NCBI GenBank assembly: GCA_951406725.2
Contig: OX597830.1
Span: 72,106,001-72,170,000, forward strand
Source: Octopus vulgaris
Lineage: Eukaryota
Length of the DNA stretch: 64,000 bases
Direction: 5' to 3'
Shown: positions 28,068-42,235 of the stretch, piece after piece
Numbering within the stretch: position 1 is the stretch's first letter
Layout of the letters: every line of letters begins with the position of its first letter
Notes under the pieces: model-generated
What the model was told of the DNA's origin: nothing
What the model saw: only the letters and a program-made list of their open reading frames with translations
The model's database searches: none
Translations under genes and position numbers: made by a program

Positions 28068-28212
28068 CATATATGTATATATATGTATATATATATACAT
28101 ACACTAACAAACACGCATATATGTGTGTGTATATATATATATATATTACATTTATATATATATCATATATATATATATATATATATATTTATACATTACA
28201 TGTATATATGTA

Positions 28213-28254
<42 letters not shown>

Positions 28255-28265
28255 GATAGATAGAT

Positions 28266-28314
<49 letters not shown>

Positions 28315-28794
28315 CAGACAGATAGATAGGTCGATAGATAGATGTAGAAAGATAGGTATATAGATAGACTGATAGATATGCATGGTTGTATGTGTATGTA
28401 TATATATATGTGTGTGTGTGTATGTGTGTGTGTGTGCGTGTGTGTGTGTGTGTATGCATATATCTATATACATCTGTATATATACATATATGTGTGTGTG
28501 TATGTGTGTGTGTGTGCTTATCGATATCCATATATTCACCTATTCATATAGTTTTCTTTCAAGCAACGAGTTTAGAATTATTTTAAAGAGGCATATTATA
28601 TCATCTATGCTAGTTTATATCTACATCGTTATCTTTTATGCTAGGTTTGCAAAAAAGGAAGTTCCTATAACTAATAAATGATAATATCTCATTATCTGAA
28701 TTAAGTAAGTGTAATAATGTTACATTGTTATCCAGGGCCGAGCCCCAGACCAGCACGCTGTGAATACGATCCATTCATTTTGATAAGGAATCTG

Positions 28795-28830
<36 letters not shown>

Positions 28831-28831
28831 G

Positions 28832-28895
<64 letters not shown>

Positions 28896-28896
28896 T

Positions 28897-28928
<32 letters not shown>

Positions 28929-29109
28929 TTATATGGATGGATGGATACATACATATATATATACACAATATATATATACACAATATATATATATATATAT
29001 ATGAACCAACTTCACGGCAGGAAGTGCAGATGAGGGCAGCTGCATCGAACTCTCTCATGCACCAAATGGCAGTTGCTAAAAAGCATTCGTGAAGTAAAAC
29101 CATGTAGCA

Positions 29110-29182
29110 ACACCAAATGGTGGTGCCCCAGCATGGCCGCAGCTCGTAAGCTTAAACTAGAATCAATCAATCAATCAATCAT
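29110..29182 (+). mobile_element. 3' end of a retroposon sharing the SINE A tail, ending in (ATCA)n
   Basis: GGTGGTGCCCCAGCATGGCCGCAGCTCGTAAGCTTAAAC versus SINE A GGCGGTGCTCCAGCATGGCCGCAGTCAAATGACTGAAAC. Confidence 0.7.
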
Positions 29183-30368
29183 ATATATATATATATATAT
29201 ATACAAACACACACACAAACACATGCACACATACACGCACAAACGCACAAACACACAGGCACATATATATCCACACATAGTCATGCTACAGACAAGTACA
29301 TATATAATTCATACATACAAAGGGATGCTATAACTTTCTTGGCTCAAACGGTATCGCGAACGGCTTGGCTGAGGCTCAACCTTCTGAGTTCTTCTAGAGG
29401 TCTTAGAAAATCTGAAGGACACAGCAATATGTTTCTGAGTCTAAGAAATATGCCGGATCATAATTGATCTTATCCAACATATCCTGATCGTCCTATGTGT
29501 TTTAGTTGACCCCAAACCAGGACCTTTTCAGCACTCACGTGTATATTTCCACGCTCGTTTATGTATATCTAAATGCATATTTTTATATTGATGTGTGCAT
29601 ATAAATATATATACACATGCATCTATGCATTTATATAAGCATACATACATACATGAACATGTTTAGATATGCAACTATATGCATGAAAATACATACATAA
29701 CATACAATACTTCACGTAAACATACATACATACATACATTCAATTGCCCTCACAATTACTATTTGCTTCCATACCATGTATAAGGCTTTTATTTAACCAA
29801 TGTTACCGATGTCTGTATTTGAACTCGTATTACTGTAAACCAGGCAAATTTATCGAATAGTTTAACTTGTATCAAATATACATCCCGTGAAAGTGTTACC
29901 TTTTTTTTATTGGTTAAAATAGGAAACGTTTATTTCATCACCGCTTTACCTGGTTATTCTCAAATGTTCACACAGCCCCATACACACAAACGCAGGCACC
30001 CACACATAGACTTACCGGTACAGATGCACACGAACACACATACTCCTCTCTCTCTCTCACTCTCTTTCTCTCTCCCTCTCTGTCTCTCTCTCACACACAC
30101 ACATGATTTCCTTACTGTATTACAAGAGTTTTAGAATGAATGATTGTATTCTGTTAAAACATTTTGTAAATTGGGGATAAACTTTTTTAATCCCTTTGTC
30201 AAGTATTTTCTCTTTCCTTTTTCTGTCAGATTTCGTATTGACTGCGTAGTTATTAATGTAGCCTTTCATCTCCAACGCGACTCAATTTTTACTTCGTTAC
30301 TCTGTCATCTGATTATTTCTCCATTTCCCGCACTTTTTGTTGAATTTTATCCGATATTAACACTAAGT

Positions 30369-30735
30369 CGGAGTGGCTGTGTGGTAAGTAGCTTGTTTAC
30401 CAACCACATGGTTCCGGGTTCAGTCCCACTGCGTGGCACCTTGGGCAAGTTTCTTCTACTATAGCCTCGGGCCGACCAAAGCCTTGTGGGTGGATTTGGT
30501 AGACGGAAACTGAAAGAAGCCCGTCGTATTTATGTATATATATGCGTGTGTGTTTGTGTGTCTGTGTTTGTCCCCACCAACATCGCTTGACAACCGATTC
30601 TGGTGTGTTTACGTCCCCGTAACGTAGCGGTTAGGCAAAAGAGACCGATAGAATTAGTACTAGGCTTACAAAGAATAAGTCCTGGTGCAGTCAAATGACT
30701 GAAACAAGTAAAAGAGTAAAAGAGAGAGTAAAGAA
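30369..30735 (+). mobile_element. SINE A, young copy with internal tail deletion
   Basis: Near identity to 556-972. Confidence 0.92.
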
Positions 30736-31779
30736 TAAGTCACTTCTACGATGAGAGATGCTCCAGCTATTATTTCCCTAAAAAATACAATGGTCAAATA
30801 CTATATAACTGACCTTCTATGCTGTATATAATTTACTCTATAATCCAGCTATCTTCCAAACTGGACCCTCGGTGTATTCATATAATCCATTCGGTTCATT
30901 TTCATCTGGAGATTAAAAGAAATATATTTAAGAAATATTCCATTTTTACAGGACTTTCTTACATAGTCTATATTTATCTTATTTGGTCTATATTCCAGCA
31001 GCTGCTTGTTGTTGGCTGTCAGTCGAATTGAGGTCTATGAGACGTCTTTGCTGTTATTTTGGCGCTGCTTGTTTGGTGACGCTGATTCAACGCTGCCATT
31101 TTTAACATCGGGTTCTTTAATGTTTGTTTCGTTTTCCCCCTCTTTCTTCTTCTCCTACTCAACCGTCTCTCTTTAAGTGCGAGAGCAAATTTTTATGAGT
31201 GTTTATGTTAATCGCATTCAATTAATAATTTGAGATATCTCTTTCTGTCAAAACGTGTTGATATCATAACATTTCGGATGTGCAATCAGCGTCGAAACAG
31301 GCGCAAACTGGGAGATCAGAATAACTTCCATGCAGACTGGATGACATTCATTATCCTACGTTGATCCTGGCAGTATAGAAGCAGGGTTCTGTGATATTTT
31401 ACACAATCCACAGCAATTACATCTTTGCATTCATATATCCTTTTTCAATACATTCAGACTCTAAAAAGACATCATCATACTTTTCCTTTCTACATCCAAA
31501 TATAAAACCGTTCATTATCTCAGGTCACACTAGATAATTCCAGCACTGTTTGATGAAGATATTCCCATTAATTTCATTATTTAACAAAATAGATTGTGCT
31601 TCAGTGTGTAACAATCACAAACATACATTCCACCCTTGCCTTCAACTTCCATCCTTCCTTCCTTTCTTACTTCCTTCCTTTCATTTACGTTGGAAGCTCT
31701 CTTCAAAATGGTGAAAATCTTGATGCAGAAATATATGTGTGCACAGACATATAGGCAGAATAGTTGGTGGAGGTTCGTT

Positions 31780-32545
31780 TTCGATGCGTTCGTAGATGAG
31801 AATTGAGAATCGCCAAAGACAGGCATGGTTTGTCACAGACTGTGCACACAAAAAGGTAATTGTCATTCGCCTTCTCGATCGTTACATTCTTCTTTTAATC
31901 TCTTTTGAGTCTTAATTGTGTTATCCTGGCCTCTTCAAATGCTTTCACTCCACTCCATATCTTTGTTTGCCATCCAACTCAATCCGAAACAAGGATTTCT
32001 ATATCTTCTGGAACCATTCCCAGTGACTTCATAATAGTCCTTATGCCGTCCTTAAACCTTTCTTTTTTTTAGGTTTACGCCGATAGCGTTTCCTTTCTGC
32101 AAGCTCACCATAAAACAACTCTTTCGGCATGCGTTCATCCGCCATTCGAACAATATGGCCACACCATCTCAATTGGTTCCTCAAAATCATAGCTTTAATT
32201 GAAGTGATGTCTGCAGTTGCAAGGACATCTCTGTCTGGAGTAAAAGAACCTTATTAAATTTTTTAAAGTCGATGAAGGCATTTTTGGTGGAGTTGTTCTA
32301 ACAATTTAAAATGTCTTTCATAATAAGTCCAAGTTTCACAAGAATACAACTGGGATGGTAAGACAAATGATTTGTAAAGAGCCAGCTTTCTATTCTTATT
32401 TATATGTTGCTGGCATCAAACACGTGACTCCAAGCCACCAAATGCTTTTGCTGCCCTTTGAATTCGCTGCTGTATTTCTGTATCAAGATTTCCATCATTT
32501 TGAAGAGAGCTTCTTCCAAGGTAGACGAAAGAATCGACAACCACA
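31780..32545 (-). mobile_element. RTE (BovB-like) LINE, 3' portion of RT ORF, decayed
   Basis: VVDSFVYLG..., IQQRIQRAAKAFGGL, LYSCETWT, QLRWCGHIVRMADERMPKELFYGEL, KRFKD motifs. Confidence 0.92.
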
Positions 32546-33539
32546 AGTAACTTTCTCTTAACAAAATTTTTTAGTGGAGTTACACACAGCACTACACGCA
32601 GGTTGATGCATTACAACTGTTTCTTTTTTTTTTTTTTCAAGTCGATGGTCAAGCCAAAATCATTACAAGTCAAATGCAGATATAAGAGATTGTAGATCTG
32701 TTTCAGAATGACTGACAAGATCGCAATCGTTAGCGTACAAAAATTCCCTAATGCGTCAAGAAAAAACCTTCGTTTCGAATTTCAGTCTGATCAGATTAAA
32801 AACATGTTATATGTGTATGTGTTTATCCGTTTAGTATTATATTGCCGGGAAAAAAGATTAATCAATACTATAGTTGAAGCTCGTAGTATATTTTGTCTTG
32901 TTCGAGTCCGTCTCTTGCTGATGTGAGGTTCACCTGTAGGTGCACAGTATTTCAAATAAGTCATTCCATACGATCCTTTGCACCTATAGCTCTAACTCAG
33001 CGTAGCAAGAGACTCGAGCGACTAAAATAAAATATATGTATGTGGAATTCCATTAAATTACGTTTATATTAATTTCAATGCAAATAGGCCGGTATTTATT
33101 GGAAGTCAAATGACCACGAGGATGCTCTTTTTTGTTTGAGATTTTGTCTTTAATCTATTTTATACGGGTTACATATTTTCTGCATGGGATGAAGAAAGGA
33201 ATGCAGTTCACAAGTATCTACATGAAAGGTTTCTACCTTTTAGCCTCAATCCTTCTGAAAAAGAAAAAAAAAAGCTTAGAATACGTAAATTGTACAAAAC
33301 TTTAAAAGGTTTAATTCATATAATTTTCCTCGTATACAACAGAAGCAGTATTAGATTTCAAAGCCATCCGTGTATCATACCAAATGCAAATACATTGCAA
33401 AATGGTATTTTCTCTGTGATGTTCGTCTCAAGTTTTATTGCTTAAAGACTTCAATTTTTTTAACACATTATAATTCGGAAACAGAAGAAAATCGTCATAC
33501 CAGCAGACTAAGACAGTGATATGAGATAAAAGTATACAC

Positions 33540-33935
33540 AGGCAGAAACGTTAGCATGCCGGGCGACATGCTTAGCAGTATTTCGCCTGCCGCAACGTTC
33601 TGAGTTAAAATTCCACCGAGGTCGACTTTGCCTTTCATCCTTTCGGAGTCGATTAAATAAGTACCAATTACGCACTGGGGTCGTTATAATCGACTTAATC
33701 CGTTTGTCTGTCCTTGTTTGTCCTCTCTGTGTTTAGCCCCTTGTGGGTAATAAAGAAATAGGTATTTCGTCTGTCTTTACGTTCTGAGTTCATATTATGC
33801 CGAGGTCGACTTTGCCTTTCATCCTCTCGGGGTCCATGAAGTAAATACCAGTTATGCACTGGGGTCGATATAATCGACTTATTCTCTTGTTTCTCTCCTC
33901 TATGTTTAACCTTCCGAGGGCAATAAAGAAATCAA
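33540..33935 (+). mobile_element. SINE B, tandem dimer
   Basis: Same head and same AAATAGGTATTTCGTCTG junction as 25536. Confidence 0.9.
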
Positions 33936-34614
33936 AAGTATATACAGTGTATACAAACTATCTTAACAATAATAGCGATAATAACAAATATATGAATAGA
34001 TAAATAAATAAATAAATAAATAAAATAAATAAATAAATAAATAGAATAAATAAATAGGTAGACAAATATACAAAGTAAAAGCTAAATGCATCATAGAGAA
34101 ATAAATAAAACAGTGGTTTTAATTATACAACTAATACAGTTTTAAACAACAATATGTTAACTATTTGCGGAGAGGCAGAGTCTGCCAGTCTCTGCCATTG
34201 ACGAGTTGATATACGGTGCCAGCCAGCTAAATTGGATTCTGGAAATGGATGAATGGGTGGGTGAGGCGTAAGTATGTGGTAGCTCGGTCATGTTAGAAAC
34301 AGGAAGAATACGTCCATGATAAATCGAAATTGGAATGCTATACTTTGAATATAAGCAGGGCCTCTTCTATAGGAGAAATTGGATTTTGCATAAATAACCA
34401 TTCCTTTGGAATGTTTCAATCTAGTCTATCACCAGGCGAACACATTATTTCGTGTCTCTCCTCCTTCACCTCCTGTTTCTTTTCTTTCTGTTTCTTCTTT
34501 CTCCGACTCGTCCTTCCTTGTGCTGTTGCGATTCTTCATCGTCTTTTCCCCCGTTTCCTTTTTCATATTGGGCCACTTTCCAGCCAAACCTCACGACAAA
34601 AGCCACAACCATTT

Positions 34615-34888
34615 CCAAACAACCACCACCATCACCACCTCCGCCGCCGCAACCACCGCCCCCGCTGCCACCTACCGCCGCCTCACTACCACTACCACTG
34701 CCACCGTCGTCAGTGCCGCCTCCACTCCCTCCACTGCCACCACCACAAGAACAACTAAAATCAAAACTATAATCACAACAGTGGCCACCTCCACCAACTC
34801 TGTATGCTCCCTCCTCCTTCCCTTAATATTCTTCTTCTTCTTCTTCTTCTTCTTCTTCTTCTTCTTCTTCTTCTTCTTCTTCTTCATC

Positions 34889-34964
<76 letters not shown>

Positions 34965-35353
34965 GCTTTTGTTTTCGCTCTTGTTCCTTTTAGTCATCAT
35001 CAGCGCCAGCAGCAGCAGCAGCAACAGCAACAACAGCATAAAAAAAACAGCAACAACAGCAACAACGTTTCCCTGCATTTTTTTTTATTTGTTATTGAAA
35101 TGATCATTGAAATAACCATGATGATGATTATCATCATCATGACCATCAACGCCACCTTTACCTTCAACACAACCACCACCACCACCAGTACCACCACCAC
35201 CACCACCACCACCACCACCGCCGCCGCCGGCACCACCACCGCCACCGCCGCAACCGCCACCACCACCAACATCACCACCTCCGCTGTTACCACAAACCGC
35301 TATAACCACCCCCAGCTTCGTCTTCTTATTTCTTCTTCTTCTCCTTCTTCTTC

Positions 35354-35402
<49 letters not shown>

Positions 35403-35430
35403 ATGCCTTGATGATGAAGATGATGACCAT
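34615..35430. repeat. Cluster of trinucleotide repeats (CAC/CCG, CTT, ATT, CAG, TCA)
   Basis: Directly visible; source of homopolymeric spurious ORFs. Confidence 0.92.
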
Positions 35431-36252
35431 CTGCATCATCCCAATTTTCATCACCCCTCCCACCCTCAAAACAAGTTCAATTCTAAGAAGTCCTGCTTAG
35501 GTTCCCTAAAATATACAATGTAAATACAAATCCGTCCTTTCACCCACGCTGCAATCCCTCCATTCTGCTGATATTCCGCATCCTAATCGTATTCTTGACG
35601 GTCTGTACTTAGATTTCTCTCCATTCTTTATTTCCTTATTTTATTTATCTTTTTGTTAAGTTACGTTTGAAAACCAATAGCGACACGCTATATATATATA
35701 TATATACACACACGGACACGAGAAGCAGAGAAGAAGCAAGGACTGAATGAAATTCATTCCATCCACCCCCCTTGACTCCACAATCAAAGCTAGCAAGGGC
35801 TGATTACACGGATGTCTCGTAAAGAAACCATAATGATACTCGTGCCAAGCTAGAGGTTTGTTTCCAGCGATAATTATCATAGAGCATCGCATGCAACGAA
35901 GAACGCCTTGGAATTGGAAGGATTTTTAGCATCTAATCTCGCAGGCGATCCATCAAGGATCAGATCTCAACTACCACTACCTAGAGAAGAGTTGTGGATG
36001 CGGGGGGGGAGGAGAGGGGATGGAAAAAAACGGAGCTGCGTCAAGATAACCTTCCCTAACAATAAAAACAATAACAACAATAATAATAAGGTAAAAAAAA
36101 ATATATATATATATATAGTCCACACGGTAAATATCATGTCCTACGATTTAGCTTTTCTGTATTTTCTTTATTTAAAGTTCTTACATGCATTCCAACTTTA
36201 TCTGTAGCTGCTTGCTCAGTTCACATTCTGCACTTTCACAATAACAATAACA

Positions 36253-36337
<85 letters not shown>

Positions 36338-36387
36338 TAATAACAACAACAACAACAATAATAATGATAATAATAACAATAATAATA

Positions 36388-36426
<39 letters not shown>

Positions 36427-36534
36427 TACTATTATCTCTTACCCATAATTATATTTATATACACACACTCATATATGTACATGCATACACATTTATGTAT
36501 GTTTATATATGTATACGCATAAATGCTTATATAC

Positions 36535-36583
<49 letters not shown>

Positions 36584-36611
36584 GGTATATATATATATGT
36601 ATATATATATA

Positions 36612-36695
<84 letters not shown>

Positions 36696-36722
36696 TATAT
36701 ACAGGTGCACACACACATACAC

Positions 36723-36798
<76 letters not shown>

Positions 36799-37204
36799 GC
36801 ATGCATGTTTCTATCTTTAATATAAACTTAAAAGCTTGCATGTATATCAATTTTATTTGATTTAACCATTTTATAAGGAGAATGTATTGTTCAGAAAGAC
36901 AGGAGCTAAATTCGATATTTCGTTAACCAATACTTCGTTCCCTATCTATCTCTCTAGATATTACACAATTAAGGTCCCGTTTTCAAGAACACACTTTGAA
37001 AAGACGATAAAACCTACGGATACGTTACAAGCAGCTGTAAATAAAGATAACCATTTGGTGTCGATTTCCGAAACACTAGAGTGAAATAAATTTGCAAATC
37101 TGAGGCGGAGATAGGGTTTCAATCCCGGTTGAAAATATTTCATTTCACTTAGAGTACTCATTGTCTAAGTAATGAAGCATCTGTCTTTCTACCCTTTGAG
37201 GTAT

Positions 37205-37523
37205 AACTCGTAGCTTTTAATTGTTGCAGTCATATGACTGTGGCTACGCTGGATCACCTGCCTTGAAGGATTTAGTCGGTTATTTCGATCGCAGTAATTA
37301 TACTTTTATCCTGGTAATTATTCTATCGCTTTCTTATGGACGAATCGCTAGGTTACGGAGATATAAACAAACCGACAGCGATTTTCAAGCAGTGGTGAAG
37401 AATTAGCACAAACACATACGCAGGCACACACACTCACATATGTGTAAGTGTATATATATCTGTATAATGTGTGTGTATGTGCATGTATATATATGTATAT
37501 ATGTATATATATATATGTATATA

Positions 37524-37559
<36 letters not shown>

Positions 37560-37573
37560 TGTATGTATGTATG

Positions 37574-37639
<66 letters not shown>

Positions 37640-37760
37640 ACTTCTTTCAGATTCCGTACCAAAATCTACTTAGGTAGTCTTGGGCTATAATACAAGGCAC
37701 TTGTCCAATATGACAGGTAGTGTAACTGAAACAGCACCCACGTAGTTGTGAAGCTTGATA
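37205..37760 (-). mobile_element. SINE A, old copy with expanded internal microsatellite
   Basis: Tail remnant 37220-37400 and head remnant 37635-37760 flank about 230 bp of (TA)/(TATG). Confidence 0.7.
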
Positions 37761-38495
37761 CATTTTTTTTTGTGCTTTAAGTCTCAAGAAGCTGGTAATA
37801 CGCTTTCCATGGCGTATATGTGATCGAGAGAACAGCGGTTCCCTAAACGGGTTGCTCGTCCCTTGCCAAGTTCAAGGCTAGCAAGTTCTAAGGAAAGAAG
37901 ACAAGTCGGTTACATCGACTCAGGTACTTCAATGGGGTTCTCTTATTGATCCTGTAGGAATGAAAGACAACACTGACCACGATCGAAGTTGATATCAGAA
38001 TATATAGAGACAGAAGGAATGCTGCTACTCTTTTTTGCCCGACGTTCTAGTGATGCTTCCTGTCCACCACCCTAATAATATCTAAAGAAAATGTTAGAGA
38101 TGTGTGCATATTTGAGTCAGTGGTGCGTGCATATGTGGTTAAGTGTATGTTTAACTATTCTTCTGCATGACTTCGTGTTCATCTCTCTCCTTCTTCCTTT
38201 CTCTCTGTCTGTCTTTCTCTCTCTCTCTCTCTCTTTCTCTTTCATATATATATATATATATATTGAGGTTACTAGAGTTAATGTTGTCAAGAAGACCCAA
38301 ACGTGTCAGGTAATGCCGAGTAAGTGCTATGGACAGACTATAGTTAAGCTCCAGGTTCGGTGATTATGCGAATGAGGAGTCCAGCGTAGGTCATATATCA
38401 GCATCCGTATATATAAAAAAAGTAACAGAATGAGATAAAAATACACAGCCTTGGATTTTAATCTCGTTCTGTTAATGTATATTTATATATATATG

Positions 38496-38558
<63 letters not shown>

Positions 38559-38559
38559 G

Positions 38560-38601
<42 letters not shown>

Positions 38602-38604
38602 CAT

Positions 38605-38715
38605 ATTCAGCCGAAATTACTACGATGATCCGGTTCTTGACTGAAGACTGAGGGTTTCGAATGTCCTGTCCGTGTTTATTGTATCGTCTTCTAAGAGTTA
38701 TACGTTCTTGTCCAT
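38605..38715 (+). mobile_element. Small element family X carrying permuted HHR-like segments
   Basis: CAGCC-GAAA-TTAC-14nt-TCTTGA-CTGAAGA; homologous to 47937-48053 (minus strand); embedded in (TA)n. Confidence 0.75.
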
Positions 38716-38736
38716 GTTATATTTTTCTACATACCT

Positions 38737-38845
<109 letters not shown>

Positions 38846-38956
38846 CATATAGATATATATATACAGGGCGGCGATATACATGATTTAACTAACATCTTGT
38901 GCGTTTGTCTCCATTTTCCATTTCTCCAAAACACGTCTTTAAACTATAGAGGGGAG

Positions 38957-39290
38957 TTAGATGAAGACCGGAGGGGTGTTGAGCCCATGTGACGCAAAGG
39001 AGCGAAGAGAGAAGATTAATTTCTGTTCTCTGCGTAGACAGGAGTCCGGATGGACCCTGTACAAAGACAACCCGAACACAGACAGGTGTTGTAGATCGGA
39101 AATGGTGCGAGATTGGGGTACTATTGTCGAATCGGATGTCTTGGGATGCTCCGCGAACCGTTCAGCCAAGCGGCGTCCTGTTTAATGGATATACAGAGAG
39201 AAAAGGTTAATTCCTGTTCACGGCGAAGGTGGGAGTCCGGATGGCCTCTGTGCAAATGCAATCCGAACACAAACTGGTATTGTAATGAAT
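38957..39290 (-). mobile_element. Penelope-like (Neptune-type) GIY-YIG endonuclease remnant with partial tandem duplication
   Basis: LYIH*TGRRLAERFAEH...LSVFGL...REQKLIFSLRSFASHGLN; 39200-39284 repeats 39010-39094 (period 190). Confidence 0.85.
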
Positions 39291-39303
39291 AACCGGGAGA
39301 GAA

Positions 39304-39372
<69 letters not shown>

Positions 39373-40076
39373 CCGAACGAATGAAATGCACTGGCGAACC
39401 TCCGAGGAATTTGAACTAAGACGTTAATACGGACAAAATACCAGTAAACATTTTTCCCGCCGTAATAACGATTTTGCCTTAGCTGCATGCAATATCAGAA
39501 AACGCTAACCGAAGGTACTGTACTCTGAATATGAGACTGTATACGAAACTAAACAGGTGCAAATCGAGCCTCTTAACCACAAAGCCATACCCGCAACAAA
39601 TAATATATCCATTTCAAAGGTGTAAAACAAAATATGTCATGTGATAATAAAGTGACTTATGAGTGAGACCACTCTTATATCGAAGACGCTTAAGAAACGT
39701 GGAGCCTTTCACAGCGTCCTATGCACCCATAAATAAAGGCGACTGGATTTGTTTATTTCAACCAGGCCCTCGAATTATAAGGTGGCGATATCTTTGCGAC
39801 GATTTATCCGCTCGGCTCATCGAACTTTTCCATATTTATATAACGTAATATTCATAAATCGATAAGTTTTATACCAAAGTTGGTAATCACATACAGCTGC
39901 TCCAATGAATCACTGCGTCTGTCTAACCGTATTCTTTAAGCTCGTAACTTAAATCCTATTGCTTCAGTCTTTGAGTTAAACTAAACACAGAAAGGCACAG
40001 TGACTGAGATTTTGAGAAAGAAGGACGGAGGAATATATAGGGGGAGAGGAAACGAGAGAGAGAGAGAGAGAGAGAG

Positions 40077-40122
<46 letters not shown>

Positions 40123-40614
40123 GCTGGATTATTTATTCAACTGTGACAATATGAATATAGCCGAGATTTGACACTCTGACAGCTGTAGATTAATATTCTA
40201 ATTAGCTGTCAGTCTCACCTCTGTTATACGCTGTTCAAAAACAGAAAAACCCGATACAATATATTGGCGATTTAAGAAAAAAAAAATGAATAAAGTATTT
40301 TTCCCCCACCCCCTTATTTTAGTTGCGTAACATGAAAATCACTGAATAGGTTCTGAACAAGAACTCAGTCGGAGATACATGCATATATACTGAAATTACA
40401 AACATTCACACACACAAACGCACACACACACACACACACACACTCACTCTCACACACACACACACACGCACATTTATATACACACATTTCTATACATATA
40501 TATATATATATATATACTCACCGCACACATAGCACATACACACCACACACACAAACACACATATATATAGTCGTAATATTGAATATATGCTTATGAGTGA
40601 TACGTACACACACA

Positions 40615-40664
<50 letters not shown>

Positions 40665-40827
40665 TATATTTATGAGAAAGAAAGAGAGAGGGACAGACAG
40701 ACAGAGACAAAGATGCACACGAAGTCATACTCGTACAGAAGAACAGGTAAGCATACATATAAACACACATACACGCACCTCACAAAATATACAGACATTT
40801 ACATACACACATATATAACATGTATAC

Positions 40828-40881
<54 letters not shown>

Positions 40882-41429
40882 AAGAAGGTGGTACACAGGA
40901 AGTCATACACATACATAACTCCACAAACATGTATACACACACACACATATAATTACACACACGTTCACATGTATACATGCATATGTATAGGGTACCGAAT
41001 GTTTTATCTGCAATACCCTGAATCAATATTCAGCCAGAGTTGCTATAGTTTAAAGAAAGAATATCTTGAGAAGATCTGAAGCTTTTCTTTGCCATATAAG
41101 TTTACACAAAATTCTATTACCATACATTAGTTTTCGCAAAAGCTACTTTGGCTTTTAGATTTATGAGTGATTTTCGTTTTTTGAATATCTATCCACCTGT
41201 TGCTTTAGACGTGTATTCATACACCTTTGAACCTGAAGGTTTTTACACGTGAACATTACGCGAGCACATATGCAGTCATACACGCACGCACACAGACACA
41301 CTCACACACACACACGCACACAGACACACACAGACACCCATACATACACGTTCGGTTAAGAGGTTCCCTAGGCAATTATTTGGACCCTGGATCAATTCCA
41401 CCTGTGCTAGATGTTCTGCATGTTCTCTC

Positions 41430-41870
41430 ATACATACGTACATACATGCATACATACATACATACACACATACATGCATACATACATACATACATACATC
41501 ATACATACATACATACATACATACATGCATACATACATACACACATACACACATACATACATACATACATACATACATGCATACATACATGTATACATAC
41601 ATGCATACATAAATACATACATGCATACATACATACACACATACATACACACATACATACATACATACATACATACATACATACATACATACATACATAC
41701 ATACACACATACATACATACATACATACATACATGCATACATACATACATACATGCATACATAAATACATACATGCATACATACATACACACATACATAC
41801 ACACATACATACATACATACATACATACATACATACATACATACATACATACAAGCATGCATACATACAA
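41430..41870. repeat. (TACA)n microsatellite
   Basis: Directly visible. Confidence 0.97.
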
Positions 41871-41959
41871 ATATATATATATATATATAGGCATATATAA
41901 ATACATACAGATTAATAAATAAACAAACATATATGCATCTACATATATGTTTTAAACTG

Positions 41960-42080
41960 CCAGATCCACTCACAAGGCTTTGGTAGGTCCGGGATATAGT
42001 AAAAGAGACTTGCCCAAGGTTGTACGCAGCGAGACTGAACTCGGAACAGTATGGTTGCGATGCAAACTTTTTTTCCATGG
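41960..42080 (-). mobile_element. SINE A 5' half
   Basis: ATCCACTCACAAGGCTTTGG...ACTTGCCCAAGG...GACTGAAC. Confidence 0.75.
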
Positions 42081-42235
42081 TGCTACATCTATGTTTGTAT
42101 GTATGTATGTATGTATGTATGTATGTATGTATGTATGTATGTATGTATGTATGTATGTATGTATGTATGCATGTATGCATGTATGTATGTATGTGTATGT
42201 ATGTATGTATGTATGTATGTATGTATCTTATGTCA

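Noticed and set aside
34330-35411. Pro/Thr/His/Gly-rich ORFs resembling a mucin or transcription factor
   Set aside because: Built from trinucleotide repeats open in several frames on both strands; no domain or convincing splice structure.
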